From Candidatus Kerfeldbacteria bacterium (lineage in GTDB: Bacteria > Patescibacteriota > Patescibacteriia > SBBC01): 64,000 nucleotides of DNA. The translations under genes were made by a program, and so were the position numbers. Positions 12,992-21,721 of this stretch are shown here, piece after piece (positions within the stretch are counted from its first letter, which is position 1; each line of letters begins with the position of its first letter). The stretch is taken from NCBI GenBank assembly GCA_016207275.1, contig JACQPY010000018.1:23960-87959 (forward strand), read 5' to 3'. The notes beneath the pieces were generated by a model. The model was not told where the DNA came from and made no database searches. It worked only from the letters and a program-made list of their open reading frames with translations.

Positions 12992-13504
12992 ATCAGCAGC
13001 CCCGCCCTCCGCGTTAATCGTCTCATCCGCGCGCCGGAAGTCATGCTCATCGATGAGCAAGGAAAGTCCCACGGCGTCGTGACGACGGACGAAGCGCTCC
13101 GCCTGGCCGCTGAACGGGGGTTTGACTTAGTCGAAGTCGCGCCCCACGCTCGGCCGCCGGTCTGCAAGCTGCTCGACTTCGGCGCGTACCAGTACCGCCT
13201 AGAAAAGCAGGAACGGAAATCAAAGGCCCACGCCAAGCGAATCGAGGTCAAGGGTGTCCGGCTGTCGTTCAAGATCGGTGACCACGATCGGCAGGTGCGC
13301 CTGCACACCGCGCGCCGGTTTCTTGACGAAGGACACAAAGTCAAGGTTGAGATGATTCTGCGCGGTCGTGAATTCGCCCATCAGAATCGTGCCCGAGAAA
13401 ACGTCAATGACTTTATTCGGCAACTGGGAGAGAAAGTATACGTCGAGCAACCAATCAGCAAGCAGGGTAACAAATTATTCACCGTCATCGGAGAAAAGAA
13501 ATGA
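12992..13504 (+). CDS. infC: Translation initiation factor IF-3, probably with a non-AUG start
   Basis: The ORF-track ATG is at 13043, but the conserved N-terminus (..VNRLIRAPEVMLID) is encoded upstream in frame from a stop at 12968-70. A candidate ATC/ATT-type start lies near 12992, as is known for infC autoregulation. The start is uncertain. Confidence 0.85.
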   Translation: MSSPALRVNRLIRAPEVMLIDEQGKSHGVVTTDEALRLAAERGFDLVEVAPHARPPVCKLLDFGAYQYRLEKQERKSKAHAKRIEVKGVRLSFKIGDHDRQVRLHTARRFLDEGHKVKVEMILRGREFAHQNRARENVNDFIRQLGEKVYVEQPISKQGNKLFTVIGEKK

Positions 13505-13581
13505 TTCCGCCTCAGCGGAATCATCCCGAGCCACTCCGGCGAAGGATCTCCAATGAACCATCAGTTTGAAATCATTCTTCC

Positions 13582-13806
13582 ATGAAGCTAAAAACGCACC
13601 AAGCCACGGCCAAACGCTTCCGCGTCACCCGACGCGGCAAGGTTCTCAAACGGGCGGCTGGTCAAGACCACTTCAACTCCCGTGATCCCGGGAGAATCAC
13701 GCTGCGCAAACGCCGCGACCGCACCATCGCCAAGGTTGATACTCGCGCGCTCCAGCATCTCCTACCCTACGCCAAGATCAAACCCGCCGCCAACCGTGAC
13801 TTTTAA
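13582..13806 (+). CDS. rpmI: 50S ribosomal protein L35
   Basis: MKLKTHQATAKRFRVTRRGKV...LLPYAK matches L35. Confidence 0.9.
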   Translation: MKLKTHQATAKRFRVTRRGKVLKRAAGQDHFNSRDPGRITLRKRRDRTIAKVDTRALQHLLPYAKIKPAANRDF

Positions 13807-13835
13807 CCATGCGGCCTTTGTAGCCACGCTAACAA

Positions 13836-13855
13836 CGCGGACTTAAGTCCGCGCT
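13836..13855 (+). promoter_or_regulatory. Perfect hairpin between rpmI and rplT
   Basis: gcgcggac-ttaa-gtccgcgc. It may be an attenuator or L20-feedback structure, or an internal terminator. Confidence 0.3.
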
Positions 13856-13862
13856 CCACACT

Positions 13863-14210
13863 ATGCGCGTCAAACGCGGCATCATCCACAAAAAACACGT
13901 CAAGAACATCCTCAAACATGCTAAAGGCTACCGTTGGCGTCGAAAAACTTCGGTTAAGCTCGCGAAGGTCGCGGTCACCCACGCCGGCTGGAACGCCTAC
14001 AAACACCGCCGAACCAAAAAGCGCGATTTCCGGCGGCTCTGGCAGATCCGGATCAACGCCGGCGCGCGACAGAATGGCATTACCTACTCTCGGCTAATAC
14101 CGTTGCTCAAAGCCAAGAAGATCGAGCTCAACCGAAAGGTTTTAGCCGAACTGGCGGCCAAACACCCTCAGGTCTTTGCCGAGGTCGTCAAGGTCGCGCA
14201 GGCAAAGTGA
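13863..14210 (+). CDS. rplT: 50S ribosomal protein L20
   Basis: MRVKRGIIHKKHVKNILKHAKGYRWRRK...RKVLAELAAKHPQVF matches L20. Confidence 0.95.
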   Translation: MRVKRGIIHKKHVKNILKHAKGYRWRRKTSVKLAKVAVTHAGWNAYKHRRTKKRDFRRLWQIRINAGARQNGITYSRLIPLLKAKKIELNRKVLAELAAKHPQVFAEVVKVAQAK

Positions 14211-14214
14211 AGCT

Positions 14215-14320
14215 CCACGGCCTCACGGCCGTGGTTTCTCTCGATCCGTGGTTCCGTGGAGCGGAACCCCGCACCGTCCCGACCGCACAAGCGCGTCGGG
14301 ACTGGTGCGTGGGTAAAACA
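14215..14320. repeat. Family-2 element copy A (with a conserved upstream hairpin block) between the convergent rplT and PRTase genes
   Basis: ccacggcc..ggccgtgg and ggttccg-tggag-cggaacc are followed by AACCCCGCACC-gtcccgac...gtcgggac-TGGTGCGTGGGTAA. This is near-identical in layout to copy C at 25521-25608. Confidence 0.6.
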
Positions 14321-14392
14321 ACTTCATTGCAGGCAGGTTGAAGCCGGTCACATCCATGTGGACCGGCTCCTTAGTGCTGACGAACTTCCCTC

Positions 14393-14980
14393 CTAGGCGA
14401 CGACCGCCACCGCTTGCATTTTCCTGACGCGAGCTTGCATCACCCGTTCCCAGAGCTCCCACGGATAGAGCCGATAGCGTGGATCGATCTCCGCCGCGAA
14501 GATGTCCGGCTTGCGCTCCGGGAAGATGTTGCATTCGGACTTGAAGTGCAGCGTGATGGTGGTGAGGCTCCGAGGGCTGGCGTCCATGATGCGGTGCTGA
14601 GCCCGGACGTTGCTCTTGCCGGTCTCCCACACTTCATCGAACAGCCCGACATTCTTGTCGCGGAGATCCTCGTCCGAAGGAAAGTAGACGATCTTCGGCG
14701 AGGGTGAATCCCGCTCCGACAACCCTGTCTCCTCGCGCCTCAAGCGGGCATAGGCCACCTTGTTGTGGTCGAGCACGCGCTCAACGAGTGAGACGAAGTG
14801 GGTGGCGCCGTGTTTGATCGCCACGATCGTGTCGAACGGACCGAGTTTCTCGATCCGCGGCACAAGCTGGAGCACGACCTCCTGCGCCAGCAAGCCGACT
14901 TCGGACCATGACACGTAAACCTCGTTCGGCTCAATCAGACTGCGCGGATCAATGCCGTCTACCACCTGCAATTCATTCAT
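14393..14980 (-). CDS. Phosphoribosyltransferase-domain protein (start at the internal MNELQVV preceded by GGGAGG)
   Basis: VGLFDEVWETGKS resembles the PRTase PRPP-binding loop. The longer ORF-track N-terminus is S/R-rich junk that overlaps element A. Confidence 0.45.
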   Translation of the reverse strand: MNELQVVDGIDPRSLIEPNEVYVSWSEVGLLAQEVVLQLVPRIEKLGPFDTIVAIKHGATHFVSLVERVLDHNKVAYARLRREETGLSERDSPSPKIVYFPSDEDLRDKNVGLFDEVWETGKSNVRAQHRIMDASPRSLTTITLHFKSECNIFPERKPDIFAAEIDPRYRLYPWELWERVMQARVRKMQAVAVVA

Positions 14981-15209
14981 ACCGCCTCCCTGGGGTTCAG
15001 TGGTCGAAAATGCAGACGAGCGATGCTGCGTAGTGCAGCGTTTCGGTTTTGGTTTCCCTCCTGTGGTGGACCAATAAAACACGCGAGGGCGCGGTTGCGC
15101 CCCCAAGGCTTCACTGTCTTCGTTTCTGGTTCCGCTTGATCGGCGGGATCTCCATAGGTATTTAGTAGCATGGCCGCGCTGATCTGACAACCAGGGAGTT
15201 TTCCCCAGG

Positions 15210-15596
15210 CTAGAGCTTACTGCTCGGCGCAGTCATCCGCCGTCGAATGGCCAGGCCGCTCAGCACACCGACCAGGTCAATCGCCGCGTCAACCGGCGCC
15301 CCGTGCCGGCCAGGGACGAAGGTTTGGTGCCATTCATCAATCCCGGCGTAGCCAGCGCTCAGGACCGCGGCCAAGACCACTGCCCGCGCCCGCGGCAGGC
15401 CGCTAACCTCGAACGCCCGAAACATCAGCCCGCCGAGAATGGCATACTCAGCCAGGTGAGCAATCTTCCGTAGGATTATATCCCACAGCGGCAGCAACCC
15501 TGAACGGAGGTCAGGAATCGACGACCAGATAAAAATCACCGTCATCCACCCGCTGACGTAGACCCAGGCCCACAGGCGCTGTTGAGACAAAGTCAT
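15210..15596 (-). CDS. VanZ-like membrane protein
   Basis: 128 aa with 3-4 TM helices and AHLAEYAILGGLMFRAF typical of the VanZ family. Confidence 0.6.
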   Translation of the reverse strand: MTLSQQRLWAWVYVSGWMTVIFIWSSIPDLRSGLLPLWDIILRKIAHLAEYAILGGLMFRAFEVSGLPRARAVVLAAVLSAGYAGIDEWHQTFVPGRHGAPVDAAIDLVGVLSGLAIRRRMTAPSSKL

Positions 15597-15680
15597 ACTT
15601 CATCGGTACCATAGCGGTCAACCCTCGACAAGCCCAGCCATGTTTGCTAAAATCGTCCTGCTCAAGAACGTGCGCGGAGC

Positions 15681-15702
15681 GGACCGTTAGTGTAGTGGTT
15701 AA
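15681..15702 (+). other. Displaced 5' fragment of a tRNA-Asp-like gene (acceptor strand plus D-arm)
   Basis: GGACCGT-TA-GTGT-AGTGGTTAA parallels the start of the intact tRNA-Asp but stops at a family-2 element. The matching 3' half is at ~15917-15958. Confidence 0.45.
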
Positions 15703-15742
15703 CCCCGCACCAATTCTCGCTTCGCTCGAATGGTACGGGGCA
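15703..15742. repeat. Family-2 element (CCCCGCACC-aattctcgcttcgctcgaa-TGGTACGGGG)
   Basis: Inverted arms enclose a TTCG-containing core. The same subfamily is found at cobA (56188-56236) and prfB (44119-44165). Confidence 0.6.
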
Positions 15743-15772
15743 AGCACGCCTCCCTTGCAAAGCGCCCAGAGC

Positions 15773-15847
15773 GGACCCATAGTGTAGCCCGGTTAACACG
15801 TCTCCCTGTCACGGAGAAGATCAGGGGTTCAAATCCCCTTGGGTCCG
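15773..15847 (+). tRNA. tRNA-Asp (GTC)
   Basis: Cloverleaf: acceptor GGACCCA/TGGGTCC, U8A9, D-stem GTGT/ACAC, anticodon stem TCTCC/GGAGA with loop CTGTCAC, variable AGATC, T-arm AGGGG-TTCAAAT-CCCCT, discriminator G. Confidence 0.8.
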
Positions 15848-15869
15848 CTCTGAGCGCAGCCTCCCTGCC

Positions 15870-15919
15870 TGCCCCGCACTTGTGACCCTGAGCCAGTCGA
15901 AGGGGAACATAGTGCGGGG
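15870..15919. repeat. Family-2 element with a nested gaccc-hairpin core
   Basis: CCCCGCACT-tgtgaccctgagccagtcgaaggggaacat-AGTGCGGGG. The inner part matches the family-3 H2 motif. Confidence 0.55.
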
Positions 15920-15958
15920 TCACGGAGGAGATCACGGGTTCGACTCCCGTACGGTCCG
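15917..15958 (+). other. tRNA-Asp-like 3' half (anticodon loop 3' side, variable loop, T-arm, acceptor 3' strand)
   Basis: TCAC-GGAGG-AGATC-ACGGG-TTCGACT-CCCGT-ACGGTCC-G. Its acceptor strand complements GGACCGT at 15681-15687. Confidence 0.45.
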
Positions 15959-16022
15959 CTCCGCGCATGCGTCTCCCTGCTGCGCCCCGTCTACGCAAAC
16001 GTAGTGAGCGTTGTACGGGGCC

Positions 16023-16062
16023 TGCCCCGCACTTGACTCGAAGAGGCATAGTGCGGGGTCAC
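16023..16062. repeat. Family-2 element (short-core variant)
   Basis: CCCCGCACT-tgactcgaagaggcat-AGTGCGGGG followed by tcacggag. Confidence 0.5.
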
Positions 16063-16326
16063 GGAGCCCAGTACCACGTAGGGTGCTGGGCAAGAAGACC
16101 TGTCCCGTAAATGAGCGAAGCGAATTATACGGGATCAGGGGTTTCCCGCCACAATAATTTCAAAATTCTAAGGAAGGCGGGATCCCCGCCTGCCGAAGTC
16201 TCGCACGGCGGGCAGGCCGCCGAACTTGTCCCGTCGAATAACGGGATGGCGGGACAAATCCGGTCGGATCCGCCAAGAAAACTTAGTATCGAGCAATCCG
16301 ACAACACCGACGGTTGAATAAAGTTT

Positions 16327-17280
16327 ATGAGGACAAAGAAGACGGCAGTCGTCACGGGTGGAGCAGGATTCATCGGCCACCATCTTTGCGCAAGACTTCT
16401 GGACAATGGGTACCGAGTTGTTTGTCTGGATAACTTCTCTAGCGGCAGGCCAGAGAATGTTCGACCGTTTCGTGGTCACTCACGATTTACTTTTTATCGT
16501 CGTGACATTACCCGGCCACTTCGTTTACGTGAAGATGTCGATGAAATATACAACCTGGCATCACCGGCATCCCCTGTCGATTACCAGCATCGGCCAATGG
16601 ACACGGTGCAGGCTAATACCCTTGGTGTCTATCGGGTGGTCGCGTTAGCTCTACAAAAACGTGCCAAGCTGTTGCAGGCTTCGACCTCGGAGATCTACGG
16701 GGATCCCCTGGAACACCCGCAACCCGAGACGTACCACGGTAATGTTAATCACCTTGGTGTGCGCGGGTGTTATGAAGAAGGAAAACGCATTGCGGAAACG
16801 ATTTTTTCAATCCACCATCAGACCTACGGCCTTCGGTTACAAATCGCCAGGATATTCAATACCTACGGTCCCGGGATGCGCGAAAACGACGGGCGCGTCA
16901 TTCCGGAATTCATTTACGCCGCTCTTCGGAACCAGCCGCTGACGGTCTACGTCGGATCGCAGACGCGCTCTTTCTGTTATGTTGATGACCTGATTAAGGG
17001 CCTTATCAGATTACAGAGAGTTCCAAAATACATTGATCCGGTAAACATCGGCAATCCTAAAGAAATATCCATGCTACAACTTGCTCGTCGGGTTATTCAA
17101 ATGACCAATTCGAAAAGCCGGATCAGAATTTTGCCTAGTCAAACAGACGACCCGCGCCAACGCAAACCGGATGTTCGTAAGGCATCTCATTTCCTGAAAT
17201 GGTCCCCGGACACCAATTTTGACCTTGGCCTTCGCCGAACCATAGACGATTTTCGAAATAGATTCACTGCGGAATCTTGA
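16327..17280 (+). CDS. NAD-dependent epimerase/dehydratase, UDP-glucuronate decarboxylase (UXS)-like
   Basis: VVTGGAGFIGHHL ... YNLASPASP ... ASTSEIYGDP is the extended SDR / UXS pattern. The gene has lower GC than its surroundings. Confidence 0.85.
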   Translation: MRTKKTAVVTGGAGFIGHHLCARLLDNGYRVVCLDNFSSGRPENVRPFRGHSRFTFYRRDITRPLRLREDVDEIYNLASPASPVDYQHRPMDTVQANTLGVYRVVALALQKRAKLLQASTSEIYGDPLEHPQPETYHGNVNHLGVRGCYEEGKRIAETIFSIHHQTYGLRLQIARIFNTYGPGMRENDGRVIPEFIYAALRNQPLTVYVGSQTRSFCYVDDLIKGLIRLQRVPKYIDPVNIGNPKEISMLQLARRVIQMTNSKSRIRILPSQTDDPRQRKPDVRKASHFLKWSPDTNFDLGLRRTIDDFRNRFTAES

Positions 17281-17420
17281 AAAAGTATCGCGTCGTCGTA
17301 TGCAACGCTGGCCGCACTCAAATACATACCCGCCCACAAACAGAGCGAGTGGCATGAGACTCTCCGCTCCGCAAAAATCATTTTATTCCAATGAATATCG
17401 TTCGATAATCAAAAACTGCT

Positions 17421-18437
17421 GTGAACGAACGATATAGGTTTTCGGGCGAAGCAGGATCGTTTGCAAAATTAGCATTGACGGAAAAAGAGGTGGACGTCAT
17501 TAAAAAACTCGGCCTCACGCCGGAAGATCTTCACAAGCTTCTTATTACGCAACCTTTCGCAGAAGGTAGTTATGCCTTGCTTTTCGAATTACCAAGAAGC
17601 AATTCGGATCTCGTCACAAAAGCATGGAAGAATCCTCAACATGGCTCTGGAAGAGAGGCAAATGAGAATGTAGCTCTGCGCTTACTCAGAATTCACGGTT
17701 ATAAGAGCGCGCCAAAACTTGAGGGCTATTTAAAAACATCGAGTATCCTTTTCGAAGAAAAGATTGAAGGTGAGACAGTGGAACACTTTGATAAGGATAT
17801 CATAGATCGGCTGGCAGTAGCGCTCGCGAATCTTCATTCCATCGAGCTAAACGCATACGGCAAACCCCTGACCGAAAGGAAAAAAGGTTCCCGCATGGAT
17901 TACTTGCTCGACGGCATCGAAACCCTTCGCCAGATCGCACTCCCCTTCAGGGGTCAGACCGAAACGATGGGGTTAATTAACCGTTTACTCGTCAGGATGA
18001 AGGACGCGGCGGATAGGACCGGCGAGGCTTTCTCAGACGACCGTTTCACCCTCATTCACTTCGATCTCAATCCAAGCAATATCATCTATTCAAGAAAGGA
18101 CGGGGCCCTGGCCATTGTCGACTGGGAACAAGCTTCTGCCGGCGACAACGCAATGGATATAGCCAAGTTATTTTTGAAGTCAGGCTTCGATGCGGATCAA
18201 AAACAGGAATTCCTCACGCAATATGAAAGTCATTTACCAAAAAAAGGTCCGCATTTTCAGGAGCGACTTCGAGTATACGAGCTTTTCGTCCTCATTAATT
18301 CAATTATATGGAGACTGGGCGTCTTAAGGGACAAACCGGAGCGGGTATCACCCGGGAACGAAGAACAATTCTACGATCGTGTCAAAACCAACCTGGACAA
18401 GGAAATTGACACGCTGAAAAACTTTTTATCAGAATAA
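17421..18437 (+). CDS. Phosphotransferase (APH/choline-kinase-like) family kinase
   Basis: FTLIHFDLNPSNIIY ... IVDWEQASAGDNAMDIAKL carries the Brenner and DxD motifs of the APH fold. Confidence 0.65.
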   Translation: MNERYRFSGEAGSFAKLALTEKEVDVIKKLGLTPEDLHKLLITQPFAEGSYALLFELPRSNSDLVTKAWKNPQHGSGREANENVALRLLRIHGYKSAPKLEGYLKTSSILFEEKIEGETVEHFDKDIIDRLAVALANLHSIELNAYGKPLTERKKGSRMDYLLDGIETLRQIALPFRGQTETMGLINRLLVRMKDAADRTGEAFSDDRFTLIHFDLNPSNIIYSRKDGALAIVDWEQASAGDNAMDIAKLFLKSGFDADQKQEFLTQYESHLPKKGPHFQERLRVYELFVLINSIIWRLGVLRDKPERVSPGNEEQFYDRVKTNLDKEIDTLKNFLSE

Positions 18438-18443
18438 TTATCT

Positions 18444-19322
18444 ATGTTTTTGACCAGATTTGATCTACATTTTCACTCGGTCCATTCGGATGGGAAATTG
18501 TCCGTTCCAGAACTTGCCACTACGATCAGGAGAAAAAAATGGCAATACTGCGCCTTGGTCGACCATAACTCCATAGACGGTATCCGAGAAATGGAAACAT
18601 GCCTAGACGGTTCCGGGACAAAAGTGATCCCCGGCACGGAACTCACCGCTAAGTACGGAGAAAATGAGGTACATATTCTGGCGTATGATTTTGACATCGA
18701 TGTAGCCGGCGTCATATTAAGGGAACGTAATGAGATCGTACGACGACAAAAAATTAAGGAAATGGAAATAGCAATTTGTCTTTCCCGTCGAGAAGGGCTT
18801 GAGATTACCGATGGCTTAGCACCGTCTGAAAAACAGCCCGTTAGTCTAACAGTTGCGCTTGATATTTGTGCAAATCGCGCAAATCAAAACATATTTCTAG
18901 AGAGGCATGGAAAACGGCTGACTCCGGAAAGTGTTTATTACGAGTATCAAGCGCCGAATAAATCTTGCGCCGTGGAAAGAAGCGGGGTTACCGTCGAGTG
19001 GCTAGCGAAAAAATTCAGAGGGGTTGCCCAGGATCTGATCATTGCGCATCCTTTTGTGTCAGTAAGTGTTGTGACCAAGCCGCTTGATGAGATGCGTATC
19101 AATGATTTACTAAAGATTGGGGCGACCGGGGTCGAAGTGTATCATAATCAAACTTCAAATGAACAAATTGAACTGCTAAAAAAAATAGTGAGTGACCGGG
19201 CCATCCATTATACGGGCGGGTCTGATTTTCATGGCAAAAAGAATGATACATCGCCTGGACAATTCGGTCCTAAAAAGACTATTCCTGACTTTCATCTTTC
19301 TCGTTACCAACTATCATCGTAA
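18444..19322 (+). CDS. PHP-domain phosphoesterase
   Basis: FDLHFHSVHSDG ... ALVDHN is the PHP family N-terminal His motif pattern. Confidence 0.65.
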   Translation: MFLTRFDLHFHSVHSDGKLSVPELATTIRRKKWQYCALVDHNSIDGIREMETCLDGSGTKVIPGTELTAKYGENEVHILAYDFDIDVAGVILRERNEIVRRQKIKEMEIAICLSRREGLEITDGLAPSEKQPVSLTVALDICANRANQNIFLERHGKRLTPESVYYEYQAPNKSCAVERSGVTVEWLAKKFRGVAQDLIIAHPFVSVSVVTKPLDEMRINDLLKIGATGVEVYHNQTSNEQIELLKKIVSDRAIHYTGGSDFHGKKNDTSPGQFGPKKTIPDFHLSRYQLSS

Positions 19323-19333
19323 TTGGTCAATAG

Positions 19334-19606
19334 ATGCCACATCCTCCATTTATCCAAAAGGTTGCGGAAGCGCTTAAAGCAAGATTTGAAAACTTTACGC
19401 CCATTCGATCGGCCTATCTTTACGGCAGCGTATTGACAGATCATTTTTCTGAAACCAGCGATATCGATGTGCTTTTCATCGTCGACGATATGCCAGAAAG
19501 GAATTCATTTCTAGAACCTATCCTAAAAATCGCTTTCGAGCCGAGGGACGAAATTTCGAAGGCGAGGGGCGAGCCACCGCAAAGCGGGGTCCCGCTGCTG
19601 CGGTGA
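19334..19606 (+). pseudogene. Minimal nucleotidyltransferase (MNT) gene fragment interrupted by an inverted-repeat element
   Basis: LYGSVLTDHFSETSDIDVLFIV is the NTase GS..D.D motif. The ORF reads into the hairpin element and no HEPN partner is present. Confidence 0.5.
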
Positions 19607-19713
19607 TTCGGAGGACGAGGAATATTGGTGATATTTCGAGTCCGAGACGAAGCCCCGCAGCCCGAAATTGCGGGCCGCAGCGCCGGAATGGATTTTTAGG
19701 ATAGGTTCTAGTG
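19508..19713. mobile_element. MITE-like hairpin element with 21-bp perfect terminal inverted repeats
   Basis: ctagaacctatcctaaaaatc ... gatttttaggataggttctag, with further internal palindromes. It lies between the MNT fragment and the GT4 fragment. Confidence 0.5.
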
Positions 19714-20460
19714 GTTTTTGAACGAAGATGCATGAATTACAGTCGCATTGTTTTTGTAAAATCTCATACAATGGCGAGCGAAGTTGCTCGTCTTTATGGT
19801 GTCAATCCAGAGAAAATCGCGATTGTTGCCGGCGGCATCGATGAAAAGGATTTTCAGATGAAGACCGAATCGTCTAGTATTGAGTTCAGACAAAAACTTG
19901 GGATACCTTTGGGTGTTTATGCAGTTTTGTATGCCGGACGCATTGTGCCGCAGAAAGGGTTAATATATTTAGTTAAGGCCGCGCTACGTCTGGTTAAAGA
20001 GTTTAATTTTGTGGTGGTGGTGGCAGGTGCCTCAATGAACAAGTCATACGCAGCATCAATCAATCGCCTTCTGAGAAATAAAATTCATCAGAGGTTTTTT
20101 CACTTCCTAGGGCACATAGATCAGATGGAGATATCACGCGTCTTCGCTTCAGTAGATTGTATCGTGACACCATCAATCTATGAACCATTCGGCATGGTTA
20201 ATTTACAAGCGGCCTCCATGGGTAAAACTGTGATAACGACAGACGTGACCGGTTCTGTTGATATGTTAGCACAGTGCCCAAATGTGAAAGTCGTTCCAGC
20301 CGGTTCCATTGAGTCCCTTGGGGCTGCCTTAAGGGAAGTATTGTCTTTGAGGAGAAAAAAGGGGCAGATACCTTTTAATTTCAGAGCGTATTCATGGCAC
20401 AGCGTAGCAGAACAGCTTGCGCGATATTTTTCATTATACAGTTTGAAAAGATTAGCGTGA
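19711..20460 (+). pseudogene. C-terminal half of a GT4 glycosyltransferase (N-terminal domain missing)
   Basis: EPFGMVNLQAASMGKTVITTD is present, but the ORF begins inside the fold directly after the hairpin element. Confidence 0.5.
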
Positions 20461-20692
20461 AAACCGTTATTGATAAAAGTGTTCTTGCATTGCAGGTAGT
20501 GAAAATCCAACTATAATGAGATTGTGTCCCTCAAAATTTACCAGTAATAAAACAATTCTCCTAAATATTCGACTCCCAGCCCACATGCCTCAAATTGCGA
20601 TCTATAAAAAGCACCGAAAAACCCTTATACTGTTTGCATGAAAGTGAAACAAGTCCAAGCTGCTTACTGAAATAATCCCTAACTAACCAAGT

Positions 20693-21721
20693 ATGACCAA
20701 ACCCACCAAGCGCGACCTGCTCAAACAACCGATCGAACACATCGACATCACCAAGCTCAATGCCACGCCGATTGTCGAGGCGTACAAGAAAATGTCCTTT
20801 TCTTCACGCGACCTCGGTCGAGCGAGCGACATTTACAATATGATGCTAGCCGACAAAGACTCGTCGGTTTGGCTGACGATTGCTGGTAGCACATCAGCAG
20901 CCGGCTGCATGCAGGCCTACGTCGATTTAGTAAAACACAACATGATCGACGTCATCGTGGCCACGGGGGCGACCATTGTCGATATGGACTTTTTCGAGGC
21001 CCTCGGCTTTAAACACTATAAAGGCACGCCGTACATTGACGACGCCATGCTCCGCTCGCTGTACATCGACCGCATCTACGACACCTTCATCGACGAGGAA
21101 GAACTGCAAGCCTGCGACAAAACCATCACCGCCATTGCTGACTCACTCGAACCGCGGCCTTACTCGTCGCGCGAGTTCATCTGGGAAATGGGCAAGTGGC
21201 TGACTAAAAATTCCAAGAAAAAGGATTCGCTGGTCCAAGCCGCCTACGAGCACAACGTGCCGATCTTCTGTCCGGCGTTTTCCGATTCCTCGGCTGGTTT
21301 CGGTCTGGTCATGCATCAAGACAAGCATCCGGACAAACACGTCTCGATTGACTCGGTCAAAGACTTTCGCGAGCTGACTGACATCAAGCTGAAGAGCAAA
21401 GACTCCGGCCTGTTAATGATCGGCGGCGGCGTGCCAAAAAACTTTGCCCAGGATACTGTCGTCTGCGCCGAAGTGCTCGGCCACGACGTGCCAGTGCACA
21501 AGTACGCCATCCAAATCACGGTGGCTGATGTCCGCGACGGCGCCTGCTCATCGTCGACGCTCAAGGAAGCCAGCTCCTGGGGCAAGGTTTCGACGGTCTA
21601 CGAGCAAATGGTCTTTGCTGAAGCGTCTATGGCCTTGCCCTTGCTCGCTGCGTATGCCTACGAAAAGGGATCGTGGAAAAACCGCAAGCCTCGCGAGTTC
21701 GCGAAACTGTTCAGGAAGTGA
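20693..21721 (+). CDS. Deoxyhypusine synthase-like protein (homospermidine-synthase-like)
   Basis: 342 aa with LLMIGGGVPKNF and the NAD-binding DHS fold pattern. Confidence 0.7.
   Translation: MTKPTKRDLLKQPIEHIDITKLNATPIVEAYKKMSFSSRDLGRASDIYNMMLADKDSSVWLTIAGSTSAAGCMQAYVDLVKHNMIDVIVATGATIVDMDFFEALGFKHYKGTPYIDDAMLRSLYIDRIYDTFIDEEELQACDKTITAIADSLEPRPYSSREFIWEMGKWLTKNSKKKDSLVQAAYEHNVPIFCPAFSDSSAGFGLVMHQDKHPDKHVSIDSVKDFRELTDIKLKSKDSGLLMIGGGVPKNFAQDTVVCAEVLGHDVPVHKYAIQITVADVRDGACSSSTLKEASSWGKVSTVYEQMVFAEASMALPLLAAYAYEKGSWKNRKPREFAKLFRK

Noticed and set aside
14223-14630. ORF 14223..14630 (-) and the N-terminal 70 codons of ORF 14393..15190
   Set aside because: They overlap the family-2 element A and a convergent terminator region. 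The composition is Arg/Ser/Pro junk. A better start (MNELQVV with GGGAGG) exists at 14980.
15848-16075. Possibility that the 15870-15919 and 16023-16062 inserts are group I introns in tRNA anticodon loops
   Set aside because: The inserts are only about 35-50 nt, far too short for a group I intron (typically over 200 nt) and lacking P/Q/R/S elements. I therefore describe them as palindromic elements or insertion scars rather than introns. An unconventional small intron cannot be formally excluded.
21673-21720. Long N-terminal extensions of cutA (21673) and agmatinase (21977)
   Set aside because: The conserved domains start at internal Met codons that overlap the upstream stop (ATGA) or follow the repeat element. 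The extensions overlap upstream genes.
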